A DNA stretch of 64,000 nucleotides, taken from contig JBGAHS010000001.1 in the NCBI GenBank assembly GCA_044226015.1, positions 1,216,001-1,280,000 of the forward strand, written 5' to 3'. The translations under genes were made by a program, and so were the position numbers. Below the pieces are notes generated by a model. The model saw only the letters and a list, made by a program, of their open reading frames with translations, was not told the DNA's origin and did no database searches. Shown piece by piece: positions 1-9,721 of this stretch (position 1 is its first letter; each line of letters starts with the position of its first letter). Source of the stretch: Candidatus Obscuribacteraceae bacterium. Lineage in GTDB: Bacteria > Cyanobacteriota > Vampirovibrionia > Obscuribacterales > Obscuribacteraceae.

Positions 1-1488
1 AAAGTCTTGCAAAAGAAATCGCCCAACGCGAGTGCCTGCGTCGAGGCATGTAAGAATAAACAGCGCTTCAAACATTATGGCGAAGTGATACCAGAATGCT
101 AGCTGCTCTGTTCCGCCCAGGGCTTTTGCAAAAATGCCTGCCATGCCGACCGCCAGGGTTGGTCCACCACCCGTTCTTCCCCAGAGTGATTGCTCTCCGA
201 CCTCTGTTGCTAGCGCCTGCATATTCTCCACAGAAACTGGATAGCCCCATGAGCTTATCATTGCAGATGCCGCTGCGGGGTCTGTGCCGACCACACCTTC
301 AGGGCTGTTGATAGCAAAATATTGTCCGGGCAAAAGTGAAGATGCTGCGATGAGCGCCATTATTCCTACTGCTGCTTCGCAGAGCATTGAACCATAGCCA
401 ATCAATCTGGCATCAGATTCCTTGTTCAGCATCTTCGGGGTGGTGCCAGAGGATACAAGGGCATGGAAGCCAGAAACAGCTCCACAAGCTATGGTGATGA
501 AACAAAACGGGAAGACTTGTCCTGCAAAAAGCGGACCCTCTCCATTTGTGAAGATGGTCAGTGGTGGCATTTGCAGATCTGGATGCACGACGAAGATGCC
601 GATTCCGAGCAGTCCGATGGTACCAATCTTGATGTATGCCGACAGATAATCGCGCGGCAACAGCAGCACCCACACGGGCAGAACTGAAGCCAGAAAACCA
701 TAAGCCATTATTGACCAGGCAAGTGTTTCGGCGCTGTAGGTGAAATACTTTGCGAGATCTGGACTTTCGCCTATCCACTTGCCTCCGATGACCGCTGCAA
801 GAGTCAGAACCACTCCGAGAATGGATCCCTCTGTGATTTTTCCTGGACGAATTGTTCGAGTGTAATAGCCGACCAGCACCGCTATTGGTATCGTCATAAT
901 CAGGGTGAATGCACCCCAGGGGCTAGATTTGAGAGCCTTTACGACGACCAGAGCTAGTACAGACATGAGAATAAGCATGATGAGCAAGATTGCAGTCAAT
1001 GACACAATTCCTGCTATCGGACCGATTTCTTCCCTGGCCATTTGACCCAGCGATTTGCCATTTTTTCGCATTGACGCGCACAAAATAACAAAGTCCTGGA
1101 CAGCTCCAGCAAGAACCACTCCGATGATAATCCAGAGTGTTCCCGGCAGAAAGCCGAATTGAGCTGCAAGAATTGGCCCGACAAGAGGACCGGCGCCGGC
1201 GATGGCTGCAAAGTGATGCCCGAATGCAACCACTTTGTTTGTTGGAACATAGTCCTTTCCGTCGTTAATTTTGTGTGCTGGCGTAGGGTTCTCATCATTG
1301 AGGACGAATATTTTTTCAGCAATGAATTTGGAATAAAAGCGGTAGCCAGCCACGAATGTGCAAACGGCTGCCGTTAACAGCCATATGGCATTCACTGGTT
1401 CATTGCCGTGAAATGCAATAAATGCAAGAAGTCCAGCTCCGGCTAAAGACACCAGAATCCATACGAGAGTAGAGAGCGCTTTTGGCAC
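1..1488 (-). CDS. cstA: Carbon starvation protein A (peptide/pyruvate transporter), runs off the window start
   Basis: Manual translation of the 5' part from GTG 1488 (AGGAG RBS at 1496-1500) gives ...[38 protein letters not shown], the CstA signature; probably missing from the ORF track because no stop is reached in the window. Confidence 0.9.
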   Translation of the reverse strand, partial: MPKALSTLVWILVSLAGAGLLAFIAFHGNEPVNAIWLLTAAVCTFVAGYRFYSKFIAEKIFVLNDENPTPAHKINDGKDYVPTNKVVAFGHHFAAIAGAGPLVGPILAAQFGFLPGTLWIIIGVVLAGAVQDFVILCASMRKNGKSLGQMAREEIGPIAGIVSLTAILLIMLILMSVLALVVVKALKSSPWGAFTLIMTIPIAVLVGYYTRTIRPGKITEGSILGVVLTLAAVIGGKWIGESPDLAKYFTYSAETLAWSIMAYGFLASVLPVWVLLLPRDYLSAYIKIGTIGLLGIGIFVVHPDLQMPPLTIFTNGEGPLFAGQVFPFCFITIACGAVSGFHALVSSGTTPKMLNKESDARLIGYGSMLCEAAVGIMALIAASSLLPGQYFAINSPEGVVGTDPAAASAMISSWGYPVSVENMQALATEVGEQSLWGRTGGGPTLAVGMAGIFAKALGGTEQLAFWYHFAIMFEALFILTCLDAGTRVGRFLLQDF

Positions 1489-1539
1489 TGACAAGCTCCT
1501 GACTAACCCGGCGTAAAGTATAGGTCTAAATTTGAACGA

Positions 1540-1637
1540 TCACAAGCTTGTCACACGCCTCCCCCAAATCGATCACAGTAGAGTCACATTTGAGCAACAA
1601 CTGTCCATATTTGTAGCTTCTTCACGAAATAATCACA
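1540..1637. promoter_or_regulatory. TCACA-N6-TCACA direct repeats (11-bp period) in the divergent cstA / RND intergenic region
   Basis: Pairs at 1540-1555, 1573-1588 and 1622-1637 (the last with TCACG); 11-bp tandem spacing is typical of OmpR/PhoB-family boxes. Confidence 0.45.
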
Positions 1638-1712
1638 GTCCTATATTATGATTTAGATTGATGGCTTCCAAAAAAGTAATCGATTTCGCTAGCTTCCACT
1701 TCAGTCGATTTT

Positions 1713-3056
1713 ATGTGCCGGAAACAAATCATCCTAAATTCTTTGCCGCAAGTGATTGCGCTAGTATTATGCTTGCCGATTTTACATAGTTGCGCAGGTG
1801 TGAATGCCGTTGGCACTAATACCGGAGCCGAGAGCGTATCTGAAATTCCCGCTCCTAAAGAACCTGTCAAATTGAGCAGCGGACCAGTTGAGCTAAGTCC
1901 AGAGGCTGAAAAGGTAGCGGGCTTGAAGGTCGAGCCTGTCGGAAAAAACTGCGTTGACGAGACAGTGAAAACTACTGGTGAAGTGCTTGCCGATGCGAAT
2001 CTGGTGACCCACATTGTCTCTCCGGTAACTGGAAGAGTTACTGAAGTTATGGCTAACCTTGGGCAGCATATGGTGCAAGGCAAGCCTGTTTTGATGATTC
2101 GCAGCCCCGAAATTGAAGATGCTGAAGGGCAGCTCTTGCAACAAGATGCTGAAATCAAGGCAGAACTCAAGAAAGATTTACTACAGATAGATTCTGATAT
2201 TGCCACTACCCAAGCTGAGTTGGCGCTTTCTGAAAAGGTTTTTGCAAGAATGCAAAATCTAGTCAATGAGAAGATTGCATCTAAAGCTGATTGGGAACGT
2301 GCACAAACGCAGCGAGATAAAGACCTCATAGCACTCGATTCTCTTCAAAAAAGGAGAGAATCGACAATCTCTCTTTCCCAGGACAAAATAAAGCTGGTTA
2401 CCGAGCCCATAAAACAGCGGCTTACGCTCATGGGTGTGCCTGATGCAGAATTGGTGCGTGTGCTTCAGACTCGAAAAATTGCGGCTGAGGTGCCTGTCCT
2501 GTCACCTGAAACTGGCATTGTCTGCGAGAGAACCGTTAATGTTGGAGAGCTGGTTGATACTCAAAAGAATTTGCTTACCATCGGTGACTTCCACAAAGTC
2601 TGGCTGAAAGCCGATGTTTTTGAAAAAGATCTTGCCAAGCTAAAGGAAGGTCAGCACATCGATCTTGAAGTAGATAGCTTTCCGGGCGAAGTGTTTCATG
2701 GAAAGCTCGACTATTTGTCTGATTCTGTCAATCCTGAAACTCGCACTTTGACGGTTCGTGCGGAAGTGCAAAACCCTGGCGACAGGCTTAAGCCGAAAAT
2801 GTTTGCTCGCATGACAATTCAAGTTGGGCACAAATGCGTTCTTACCGTTCCTCTCAATGCTATTCAAGATGCTGGTAGTTACAAGGTTGTCTATGTTTCT
2901 CTTGGTGGCGGCAAGTATGAAGAACGAAAAGTTGAGATTGGAAAAACCTGCAAAGACAACATTGAAGTTTTGCAGGGATTGAAGGAAGGCGAAAACGTTG
3001 CTGTGGCTGGTACCTTCCAGCTGCGTTCGCAAGCAATAAGTCAGAATGGTGACTGA
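1713..3056 (+). CDS. CzcB/CusB-like RND periplasmic adaptor (membrane fusion protein)
   Basis: N-terminal signal/lipoprotein-like segment, coiled hairpin, SPETGIV..NVGELV, VNPETRTLTVRAEVQNPGDRLKPKMFA; directly upstream of an HME-RND. Confidence 0.9.
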   Translation: MCRKQIILNSLPQVIALVLCLPILHSCAGVNAVGTNTGAESVSEIPAPKEPVKLSSGPVELSPEAEKVAGLKVEPVGKNCVDETVKTTGEVLADANLVTHIVSPVTGRVTEVMANLGQHMVQGKPVLMIRSPEIEDAEGQLLQQDAEIKAELKKDLLQIDSDIATTQAELALSEKVFARMQNLVNEKIASKADWERAQTQRDKDLIALDSLQKRRESTISLSQDKIKLVTEPIKQRLTLMGVPDAELVRVLQTRKIAAEVPVLSPETGIVCERTVNVGELVDTQKNLLTIGDFHKVWLKADVFEKDLAKLKEGQHIDLEVDSFPGEVFHGKLDYLSDSVNPETRTLTVRAEVQNPGDRLKPKMFARMTIQVGHKCVLTVPLNAIQDAGSYKVVYVSLGGGKYEERKVEIGKTCKDNIEVLQGLKEGENVAVAGTFQLRSQAISQNGD

Positions 3057-3088
3057 TATAAATTTCCAGATGGTACCGTCAACGGTGA

Positions 3089-6000
3089 TTGGTTTGCGAA
3101 AGGGTTCTTGTGGATAAGTTTATTGACTTTATCTTAGAAAAACGTGCGCTCATAGTTTTGCTAGCGCTCGCTTTGCTAGGAGCGGGCGTGCAAGCTTATC
3201 TTAGCCTGCCTCTTGAGGCGTATCCGGACGTCGCAAATATGCAAGTTCGCGTGATAACGCAAGTAAACGGCAAAGCCGCCGAGGAAATGGAGCGCATGGT
3301 CACCATTCCTCTTGAAAAAGAACTAAATGGAATTCCACGCTCTGAAACACCTCGCTCAATTTCCATTTTTGGTTTGTCAGTAATCACTGTCGTTTTTGAG
3401 GACGGTGTCGATCCCTATGTTGCAAGGCAACAGGTGCTAGAGAAAATCTCGAATGCCAGTTTGCCTGACGGTGTTCATCCTGGCCTCGACCCTAATGCTA
3501 GCCCTGTAGGAGAGATTTTCCGATATACGGTAGAGTCCAAAAAGTGGAACGCTATTGATCGCAAAGAGTGGCAAGACTGGTATCTTGATCGAAAAATGAA
3601 GTCCGTTCCAGGTGTTGTAGATGTCACCGGATTTGGTGGTCCTGTAAAAACCTATCAGGTCGAGCTAGACCCTGACCATATGAAGGCGCTAGGCGTCACC
3701 CAGGCTCAAATCAGTGAAGCTATCGTTAGTGCCAACGGGTCTACTGGCGGAAGTTACATCATTCGCAACAACCAGGACTTCATGGTTCGTGGTATGGGGC
3801 TTCTCACTAGCGTTGATGATATCAACAACATCGTTGTTGAAACCTCGAAGGATGGCGTTCCCATTCTCTTGAAGCAAGTCGCTCAAATTAATATCGCACC
3901 TGCTGTTCGTAAAGGTCAGGTGGGCATGAACGATGACGACGACGTAGTCGAAGGCATCGTGCTTATGCGAAGAGGCGAAAATCCCTCCACCGCAGTAAAT
4001 GGTTTAATGGAGGTTTGGAACGACATTTCTTCTGGGCTTCCACCTGGAATGAAGCTGGTTCCGCTCTATGATCGAACGGCTCTGGCTCGTCGCACAATGG
4101 TCACGATAGGTCACAACGTTGCAGAAGGCATATTTCTTGTAGTTGTGATTTTGATGCTTTTCTTGTTTCAAATCAGGTCAGCATTTATTTGCGCGATAGT
4201 CATTCCGCTTGCACTTTCTGTGGCATTCATTTTGCTCAATGTGGCTGGAGTGCCAGCTAATTTACTTTCTCTCGGCGCAATCGACTTTGGCATAATTGTA
4301 GATGGCGCTATCGTGATGATTGAAAATACATTGCGCCACCTCGGGCATCTGCACGGAGACAAGACCCCGAAGAACCTCGTAGTTTCCATTGTAGGAAAGG
4401 CATCCAAGGAAGTCGCCAAGCCTATTCTTTTCTCAAAGGGAATTATCATTCTTACATTCCTGCCCATTTTGAGTTTCCAGGGAGTGGAAGGAAAGCTGTT
4501 TCGTCCACTTGCTGTAACCATGAGCTTCACGCTTGTCGGGGCTGCTTTGTGTGCTTTGACTATAGTTCCTGTTATATGTGCAATCGTATTTTCAATGAAG
4601 GTTCCGAAAGAGAATATTTCGCCTATCAATAAATTCTGCACCGCAGTTTATGGACCAATATTGAAGTTTGCGATGAATAACAAAGCCATTGTGGCTTTTG
4701 TTGCAATTGCATCAGTGGTTGGGTCGTTATTGTTGACGCCTATGCTTGGTGGTGAGTTTATTCCAGAACTGGAAGAAGGCAACATCTGGTTGCGCGTTAC
4801 AACTCTCCCCACTAGCGTGTCTCTCGATCACCAGGTCGAAATTTCGCGCGAAATTCGGCGAGTATTGCGCAGCTATCCTATTGTGACGAATGTTGTATCG
4901 CAGATTGGTTCATCAGACGATGGAACAGACCCAAACAACTACAGTTCGATTGAGTTTTTCGTCGATCTAAAGCCGCAAGAAGAGTGGCCCAAGAGTGTTG
5001 AAAGCAAGCAAGCCGTCATCAAGAAAATGAATGCTGAGCTGCAACAGAAGTTGCCTGGCTTGCAGTTCAATTTCTCGCAATACATCAAAGACAACATGGA
5101 TGAAACCATATCTGGTGTTAAGGGCGAATTTGCTATCAAGATTTACGGTAAAGATCTAAGGATATTAAGTGAACTTGGAAATAAAGCTGTGAAGCTTGTT
5201 CAGCAGGTTCCAGGCATGGTTGATGTGTCGTGTGACCAGTTGCTTGGGCAGCCCCAGCTAGTAATTCAAATTGACAGAGAGCGTGCTTCTCGATATGGCG
5301 TCAATACAAGAGACATTCTTGATGTCGTTGAAACCTCGGTAGGTGGAAAGACTGCGACTCAACTGATTGAGGGCGAACGCTTATTTGATGTGATTTTGCG
5401 CTATAAGGCTAGTTCTCGTGCTGACACCCTTGAGTTGAGCAATATTCAGCTGCCAACTCCATCGGGTGCAAAAATTCCTCTGGCTCAAGTAGCGACTATA
5501 ACTGAAGAGCATGGAGCTTCGGCAATTTTGCGTGACAAAAACTCTCGTAGAATTGCGATTAAAGCCAATATTCGCGGACGCGATTTGATGTCTGCTGTAA
5601 ATGAAGCTCGTGCGAGCGTGACAAGAAATGTTCATTTGCCCCAGGGATACAGCATCATTTGGGGTGGGCAATCCGAGCGAGCAAAGCATGCTATGCAAAG
5701 ATTGCTGGTGGTTTTACCTCTAACAATGGTGCTTATCTTCTTCCTCTTATATGCCGCAACCGGCGTCGCTCGAATAGCTGGACTTGTTATGTTGGCGGTG
5801 CCGTTATCACTTCCAGGCGCGATATTAGGGTTGCTGCTTACGCAAACGCACTTCAGTATTTCAGCTGGTGTTGGTTTCATTGCGCTGTCCGGAGTGTCGG
5901 TTCAAAACGGCGTAATTTTAGTGTCACTGGTTTCGCAATTGCAAAAACAAGGACTTTCCGTTCGCGACGCTGTAATGAAGAGCGCAATGGTGCGAATGCA

Positions 6001-6259
6001 TCCAGCCGTCATGACCACTTGCGTTGCGATGGCAGGATTGATTCCTGCGGCGCTTTCTACTGGAATTGGTTCGCAATCTCAGCGTCCCTTCGCTATTGTA
6101 ATCGTGTTTGGTTTGATACCAGCCATGGCATTGGCGTTGTTCGTGCTGCCACCAATGTATGAGTTTATCGAATCTAAGTTCGGCAAGAAGAAAGTAGAAG
6201 ACGATTCTGAAATGGACTCTAGCGAGCCGCCAGAGTCCCATGAATTGAGCCCTGTTTAG
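3089..6259 (+). CDS. CzcA/CusA-family heavy-metal efflux RND permease (true start possibly GTG 3110)
   Basis: 1056 aa; LPLEAYPDV, ANLLSLGAIDFGIIVDGAIVMIEN, GIGSQSQRPFAIV motifs. Confidence 0.92.
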   Translation: MVCERVLVDKFIDFILEKRALIVLLALALLGAGVQAYLSLPLEAYPDVANMQVRVITQVNGKAAEEMERMVTIPLEKELNGIPRSETPRSISIFGLSVITVVFEDGVDPYVARQQVLEKISNASLPDGVHPGLDPNASPVGEIFRYTVESKKWNAIDRKEWQDWYLDRKMKSVPGVVDVTGFGGPVKTYQVELDPDHMKALGVTQAQISEAIVSANGSTGGSYIIRNNQDFMVRGMGLLTSVDDINNIVVETSKDGVPILLKQVAQINIAPAVRKGQVGMNDDDDVVEGIVLMRRGENPSTAVNGLMEVWNDISSGLPPGMKLVPLYDRTALARRTMVTIGHNVAEGIFLVVVILMLFLFQIRSAFICAIVIPLALSVAFILLNVAGVPANLLSLGAIDFGIIVDGAIVMIENTLRHLGHLHGDKTPKNLVVSIVGKASKEVAKPILFSKGIIILTFLPILSFQGVEGKLFRPLAVTMSFTLVGAALCALTIVPVICAIVFSMKVPKENISPINKFCTAVYGPILKFAMNNKAIVAFVAIASVVGSLLLTPMLGGEFIPELEEGNIWLRVTTLPTSVSLDHQVEISREIRRVLRSYPIVTNVVSQIGSSDDGTDPNNYSSIEFFVDLKPQEEWPKSVESKQAVIKKMNAELQQKLPGLQFNFSQYIKDNMDETISGVKGEFAIKIYGKDLRILSELGNKAVKLVQQVPGMVDVSCDQLLGQPQLVIQIDRERASRYGVNTRDILDVVETSVGGKTATQLIEGERLFDVILRYKASSRADTLELSNIQLPTPSGAKIPLAQVATITEEHGASAILRDKNSRRIAIKANIRGRDLMSAVNEARASVTRNVHLPQGYSIIWGGQSERAKHAMQRLLVVLPLTMVLIFFLLYAATGVARIAGLVMLAVPLSLPGAILGLLLTQTHFSISAGVGFIALSGVSVQNGVILVSLVSQLQKQGLSVRDAVMKSAMVRMHPAVMTTCVAMAGLIPAALSTGIGSQSQRPFAIVIVFGLIPAMALALFVLPPMYEFIESKFGKKKVEDDSEMDSSEPPESHELSPV

Positions 6260-6357
6260 CGAAAACCTGGCTTTGCGAATTGGTGGCTGCTCAGTCACTT
6301 CTGCCGATGAATCTTGGTTGATCAGGGCAGCAAGTACAATATATCGCTCGCACCTCG

Positions 6358-6402
6358 GACCAAATTAGCTCAGACCAGACTAGCTCAGACCAAATTATCT
6401 CG
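6358..6402. repeat. Three imperfect tandem copies of a 15-bp unit (GACCAAATTAGCTCA)
   Basis: gaccaaattagctca gaccagactagctca gaccaaattatctcg, between convergent genes. Confidence 0.7.
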
Positions 6403-6455
6403 GATAGCGAAGTCCATCGATTTTGAGCAATTCCAAACTCTATTGTCTCTGTTGA

Positions 6456-7181
6456 TTACTTTAGAAGCAATGGTAAGACTTTTTCTGCCGGACCGATTAC
6501 TTCGCGGTCAAACGATTTATTTGGTGTTGAAAGCTTTTCTATGTTGACTAAGACAGTGTATGCGCCTGCATACTTTGCCCACTCAACAAATCGGGCTGCC
6601 GGGTCTACTTTGCCGGAGGTGCCGATTGCGATGAAAAGGTCGCAGTCTCGCAACGCTTTCTTTGTTTTCCATTCTGCATCAAGCGGTAGCATTTCGCCGA
6701 AAAGCACTATGTCCGGACGAAGTGGTGCCGAACATAACTCGCAGATTGCTACTTGACCAGAGTAAGCATTTTCGTCTTCGAACATAGCTTTGCTGCATTT
6801 CTCGTTTGAGCATTTTGTGCGAAAGAGCGAGCCGTGAAGTTCAACAACATCAGTGCTGCCTGCTCTTTGGTGCAGGTTATCTACATTCTGTGTAATAAGG
6901 ACGAATTGCTGATGTGGTTCAATGTGTTTCTCCCATTGTGCCAGAGAAATATGTGCTTCATTTGGTGCTGCTTCCAGTGTTTTGTTTTTTAATTTTCCCC
7001 AAAAGTCCCAAAATTCCTGGGCTGCGCTGCTAATTCTGTCTGGTCCTGAGAGCTTTAAAACTTCGGGGTCGTTCCAGATTGCATTGTCTCCACTTCTGAA
7101 GGTTGGCAAGCCTGAGCCGGCTGAGACTCCAGCGCCAGTCAAAACCACAATCTTCTTATATTGTTTCAACGAGATGGACAT
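6456..7181 (-). CDS. cobB: NAD-dependent protein deacylase (Sir2/CobB family)
   Basis: VLTGAGVSAGSGLPTFR, ITQNVDNLHQRAG, ELHGS, two Cys pairs, RPDIVLFGE, IGTSG; start moved to ATG 7181 to avoid overlap with the upstream gene. Confidence 0.92.
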   Translation of the reverse strand: MSISLKQYKKIVVLTGAGVSAGSGLPTFRSGDNAIWNDPEVLKLSGPDRISSAAQEFWDFWGKLKNKTLEAAPNEAHISLAQWEKHIEPHQQFVLITQNVDNLHQRAGSTDVVELHGSLFRTKCSNEKCSKAMFEDENAYSGQVAICELCSAPLRPDIVLFGEMLPLDAEWKTKKALRDCDLFIAIGTSGKVDPAARFVEWAKYAGAYTVLVNIEKLSTPNKSFDREVIGPAEKVLPLLLK

Positions 7182-7246
7182 GCTGACTCTTATCACGCGA
7201 GTAATAGATTTATCAAACCCAACCGCTGGTTCAATCAAACAGCAGG

Positions 7247-8554
7247 CTAATGTGGCGGAGTGCTGAAGCTTTGGTTCAATGCGCTCAATTGCTGAAAGTA
7301 TTTGCTCTTCTTTGCTTGCCCATAAAGCATATTCCAAAACTGTTCTTTGCTGATTTCTTTTTGCGATGATGGCAATTTTTCATTTGCGCCCGAAGTTACG
7401 ATCAAGAGTTTTGTTTTGCCTGGATAGAGCTTCTCTAAAATTCTCTTTGCTGTGTCTGCATTGCCCTGATACACAAGCTTTATTAGGTCTCTCCATACAA
7501 AAGGAATCATGACTCGGTAATTCGTCGCCTTTTGATACTTAGAAATTTCGACTTCAGCTTGTAAAACATACAGATTGAAGTTTTCCGCGCTGGTTGGTTT
7601 GTATCTCGTGAATTTTGCGCTCGGCTTGTAGGTCTTAGAATCAAGGACAATTTCCGGGTAAATGGAATCGGCGTCGGAAGAATCAAGCCACATTGCAAAG
7701 GCATCGTCTTTGATGAGTAGCTCGAATCGCTTGTCTTTATCTATGTCTGTAAATTCTGGTTCGATTACTTTTTGGTCGAAAGTGCATTTCAAAACATCAG
7801 TGCCATCAAGCTTGAAAATCTGTAGCCGTTCCGCTGGATGGCCGCCCGCTTCCGAAATCTCTTGTATTACTAGCTCGGGTTTTCCGTCGTAATCTAAGTC
7901 TCTGGCAACAGGAATTTCATTCGTCGTTATATTTCCTAGTGGATCCACAAATGCGTAGTGTGGCTCGCATAACCCCTGCCATCTTGGTAGCTCTTTCTTT
8001 AGTAAAAGCTTTCGCTTGCGAAATAGCTTTATGTTCACAGGACAATCATCGCAATTTTCGAACCAAGCTCGGTAATCAGCTAGCGTGCCCTCTTTCTGCA
8101 ATATCTTGTGCTCAATCGGCTCTCCTAATGGAGATACGCTGTATGTTTGTTCTTCTAGAGATTTACACTTGAAGTATGGTGGTGTTTTATACTCCATTGA
8201 ATTTCTGGAAGCAGTGACTTGAATACGTAGTCCATTTGGAAATTCTCTTGGAGGTGCTTGGAATGGTCTCAGTTTGCTGATTCTATCCGTAAAGTATTTG
8301 TTAACAGCAGCGAAGTTCGACTCGGTAATGAAACTCCATTTCGCAATCCGTCCGTGTTTGTCAATTTCGAAAAGTAACACAACATTGATAGGGTAGGCTG
8401 CCAATTCCTTTTCGTCCATGATGTGGCTTACTTGCTTTTCCACTAAGCTGACGTATTGCACTTGCTTTGTCTGCGAATCGGCCTGGCAGTTGGCTGGAAG
8501 AAAATAAAGGACACAAAGGGAAATTAGCCCGCTGCTTATAAGAATGTCCTTCAC
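7247..8554 (-). CDS. Secreted hypothetical protein; TonB-C-like N-terminal domain and DxDxDG Ca-binding-like motifs
   Basis: Signal peptide after GTG 8554; FEIDKHGRI..PFQAPP; DLDYDGKPEL and DIDKDKRFEL. Confidence 0.6.
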   Translation of the reverse strand: MKDILISSGLISLCVLYFLPANCQADSQTKQVQYVSLVEKQVSHIMDEKELAAYPINVVLLFEIDKHGRIAKWSFITESNFAAVNKYFTDRISKLRPFQAPPREFPNGLRIQVTASRNSMEYKTPPYFKCKSLEEQTYSVSPLGEPIEHKILQKEGTLADYRAWFENCDDCPVNIKLFRKRKLLLKKELPRWQGLCEPHYAFVDPLGNITTNEIPVARDLDYDGKPELVIQEISEAGGHPAERLQIFKLDGTDVLKCTFDQKVIEPEFTDIDKDKRFELLIKDDAFAMWLDSSDADSIYPEIVLDSKTYKPSAKFTRYKPTSAENFNLYVLQAEVEISKYQKATNYRVMIPFVWRDLIKLVYQGNADTAKRILEKLYPGKTKLLIVTSGANEKLPSSQKEISKEQFWNMLYGQAKKSKYFQQLSALNQSFSTPPH

Positions 8555-8762
8555 GTTCCACCCTCTGTCGATTTCTGCCTGCAAGAGTAAACCACGTTGT
8601 GTCAAAAAATAGGCGAGAAGTCTTTTCAAAAGAACTGTACCGTAGTTTAAAAGTGTCGGTCTCGGCGCTATCCATTCAGTTAGAGCCACTTAATCAGGCT
8701 TCTGCAGGAATAAGTGTGAAGCTGAAAGTTATTGCTGAGTAAGGTATTACTCAATTTAATCA

Positions 8763-8814
8763 ATCCCCCCTGGGGGGTTGTGTATAATCTTCGATGAAAC
8801 CCCCTGGGGGGGAT
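8763..8814 (+). promoter_or_regulatory. Promoter with TATAAT (8783-8788) flanked by two C-tract/T/G-tract palindromes (CsoR/RcnR-family-like operators)
   Basis: CCCCCCTGGGGGG at 8765-8777 and CCCCCTGGGGGGG at 8800-8812, upstream of Cys-rich genes. Confidence 0.6.
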
Positions 8815-8846
8815 CTGGAAATCAATACCTTATAAGGAGTAATCAA

Positions 8847-8993
8847 ATGAAGAAGGTAGTTCTTTTCGCTATTGCAGCAATCACATTGTCAGTTGGCGCG
8901 TTCAGCGCAAAAGCATATGCAGATAAAACAAACGCAAATTCCTGCTGTGTTCAAAACGCTGCCTGCTGTCCAGCTAGCGCTTGCTGCAAGTAA
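8847..8993 (+). CDS. Secreted 48-aa Cys-rich peptide, copy 1
   Basis: AAGGAG RBS; MKKVVLFAIAAITLSVGAFSAKAYA-DKTNANSCCVQNAACCPASACCK. Confidence 0.85.
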   Translation: MKKVVLFAIAAITLSVGAFSAKAYADKTNANSCCVQNAACCPASACCK

Positions 8994-9027
8994 TCAATCA
9001 AACCAAATAACTCAAAGGAGAAAATAA

Positions 9028-9174
9028 ATGAAAAAAGTAATTCTATTTGCACTCGCTGCAGTAACACTTTCAGTTGGCGCTTTCGGCGCTAAAGCATATG
9101 CAGATAAAGCTAATGCAAATTCATGCTGCGTAAAGAACGCTGCCTGCTGCCCAGCTAGCGCTTGCTGCAAATAA
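9028..9174 (+). CDS. Secreted 48-aa Cys-rich peptide, copy 2 (not in the ORF track)
   Basis: AAGGAG RBS; MKKVILFALAAVTLSVGAFGAKAYA-DKANANSCCVKNAACCPASACCK; many synonymous differences from copy 1. Confidence 0.85.
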   Translation: MKKVILFALAAVTLSVGAFGAKAYADKANANSCCVKNAACCPASACCK

Positions 9175-9193
9175 GAGAACCGGACTTAGAGAA

Positions 9194-9646
9194 ATGATTT
9201 CCACTAGCACTATCTGGAATAAATTGATTCGTATCTTCTGCAGTCTAACACTGCTCTGGTTTGCCGTGCCGAAGCATGATTGCTTTTGCAGCAACCTTAC
9301 AGAGACCCGTGTTGAAGCGCATGAAAGCATGCCATGCTGCAAGAAAGAAGAAGCGGAGTCAACGCCAGATTGTTGCAAGAAACATGTCGTTTCTGCCCAG
9401 AATGAAAAGTCTGGAACAGAACTGAGTTCTGACTCCTGCAGTTGTGCTCCCGAAAGAGCCCTGCCAGGTGACACCAGAAAAACCAATACCAGTGCCCAGC
9501 TCGATCTTTCAAGTGATGTTGATATTGCGTTCATGCAATTGCAGGAACCAATGATGTCAACCGTATCTTTGCGAGATGCTGAGTTGCAAAACGATGTATT
9601 GAAGCCTAGAAAATTATTCCTGCTCAAGTGTGCATTGCTGAATTAA
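9194..9646 (+). CDS. Cys-rich exported or membrane-anchored hypothetical protein
   Basis: N-terminal hydrophobic segment, CFC, PCCKK, DCCKK, CSC motifs; co-oriented with the peptides. Confidence 0.65.
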   Translation: MISTSTIWNKLIRIFCSLTLLWFAVPKHDCFCSNLTETRVEAHESMPCCKKEEAESTPDCCKKHVVSAQNEKSGTELSSDSCSCAPERALPGDTRKTNTSAQLDLSSDVDIAFMQLQEPMMSTVSLRDAELQNDVLKPRKLFLLKCALLN

Positions 9647-9678
9647 ACAGATGCTAAAAAAGCAATATTGAATTCATC

Positions 9679-9708
9679 AATGCCGGCGCGAGTCGGCATT
9701 TCCTTTTT
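9679..9708 (+). terminator. Probable intrinsic terminator
   Basis: AATGCCG..CGGCATT stem followed by TCCTTTTT, between convergent operons. Confidence 0.6.
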
Positions 9709-9721
9709 ATACCCGTATTTT

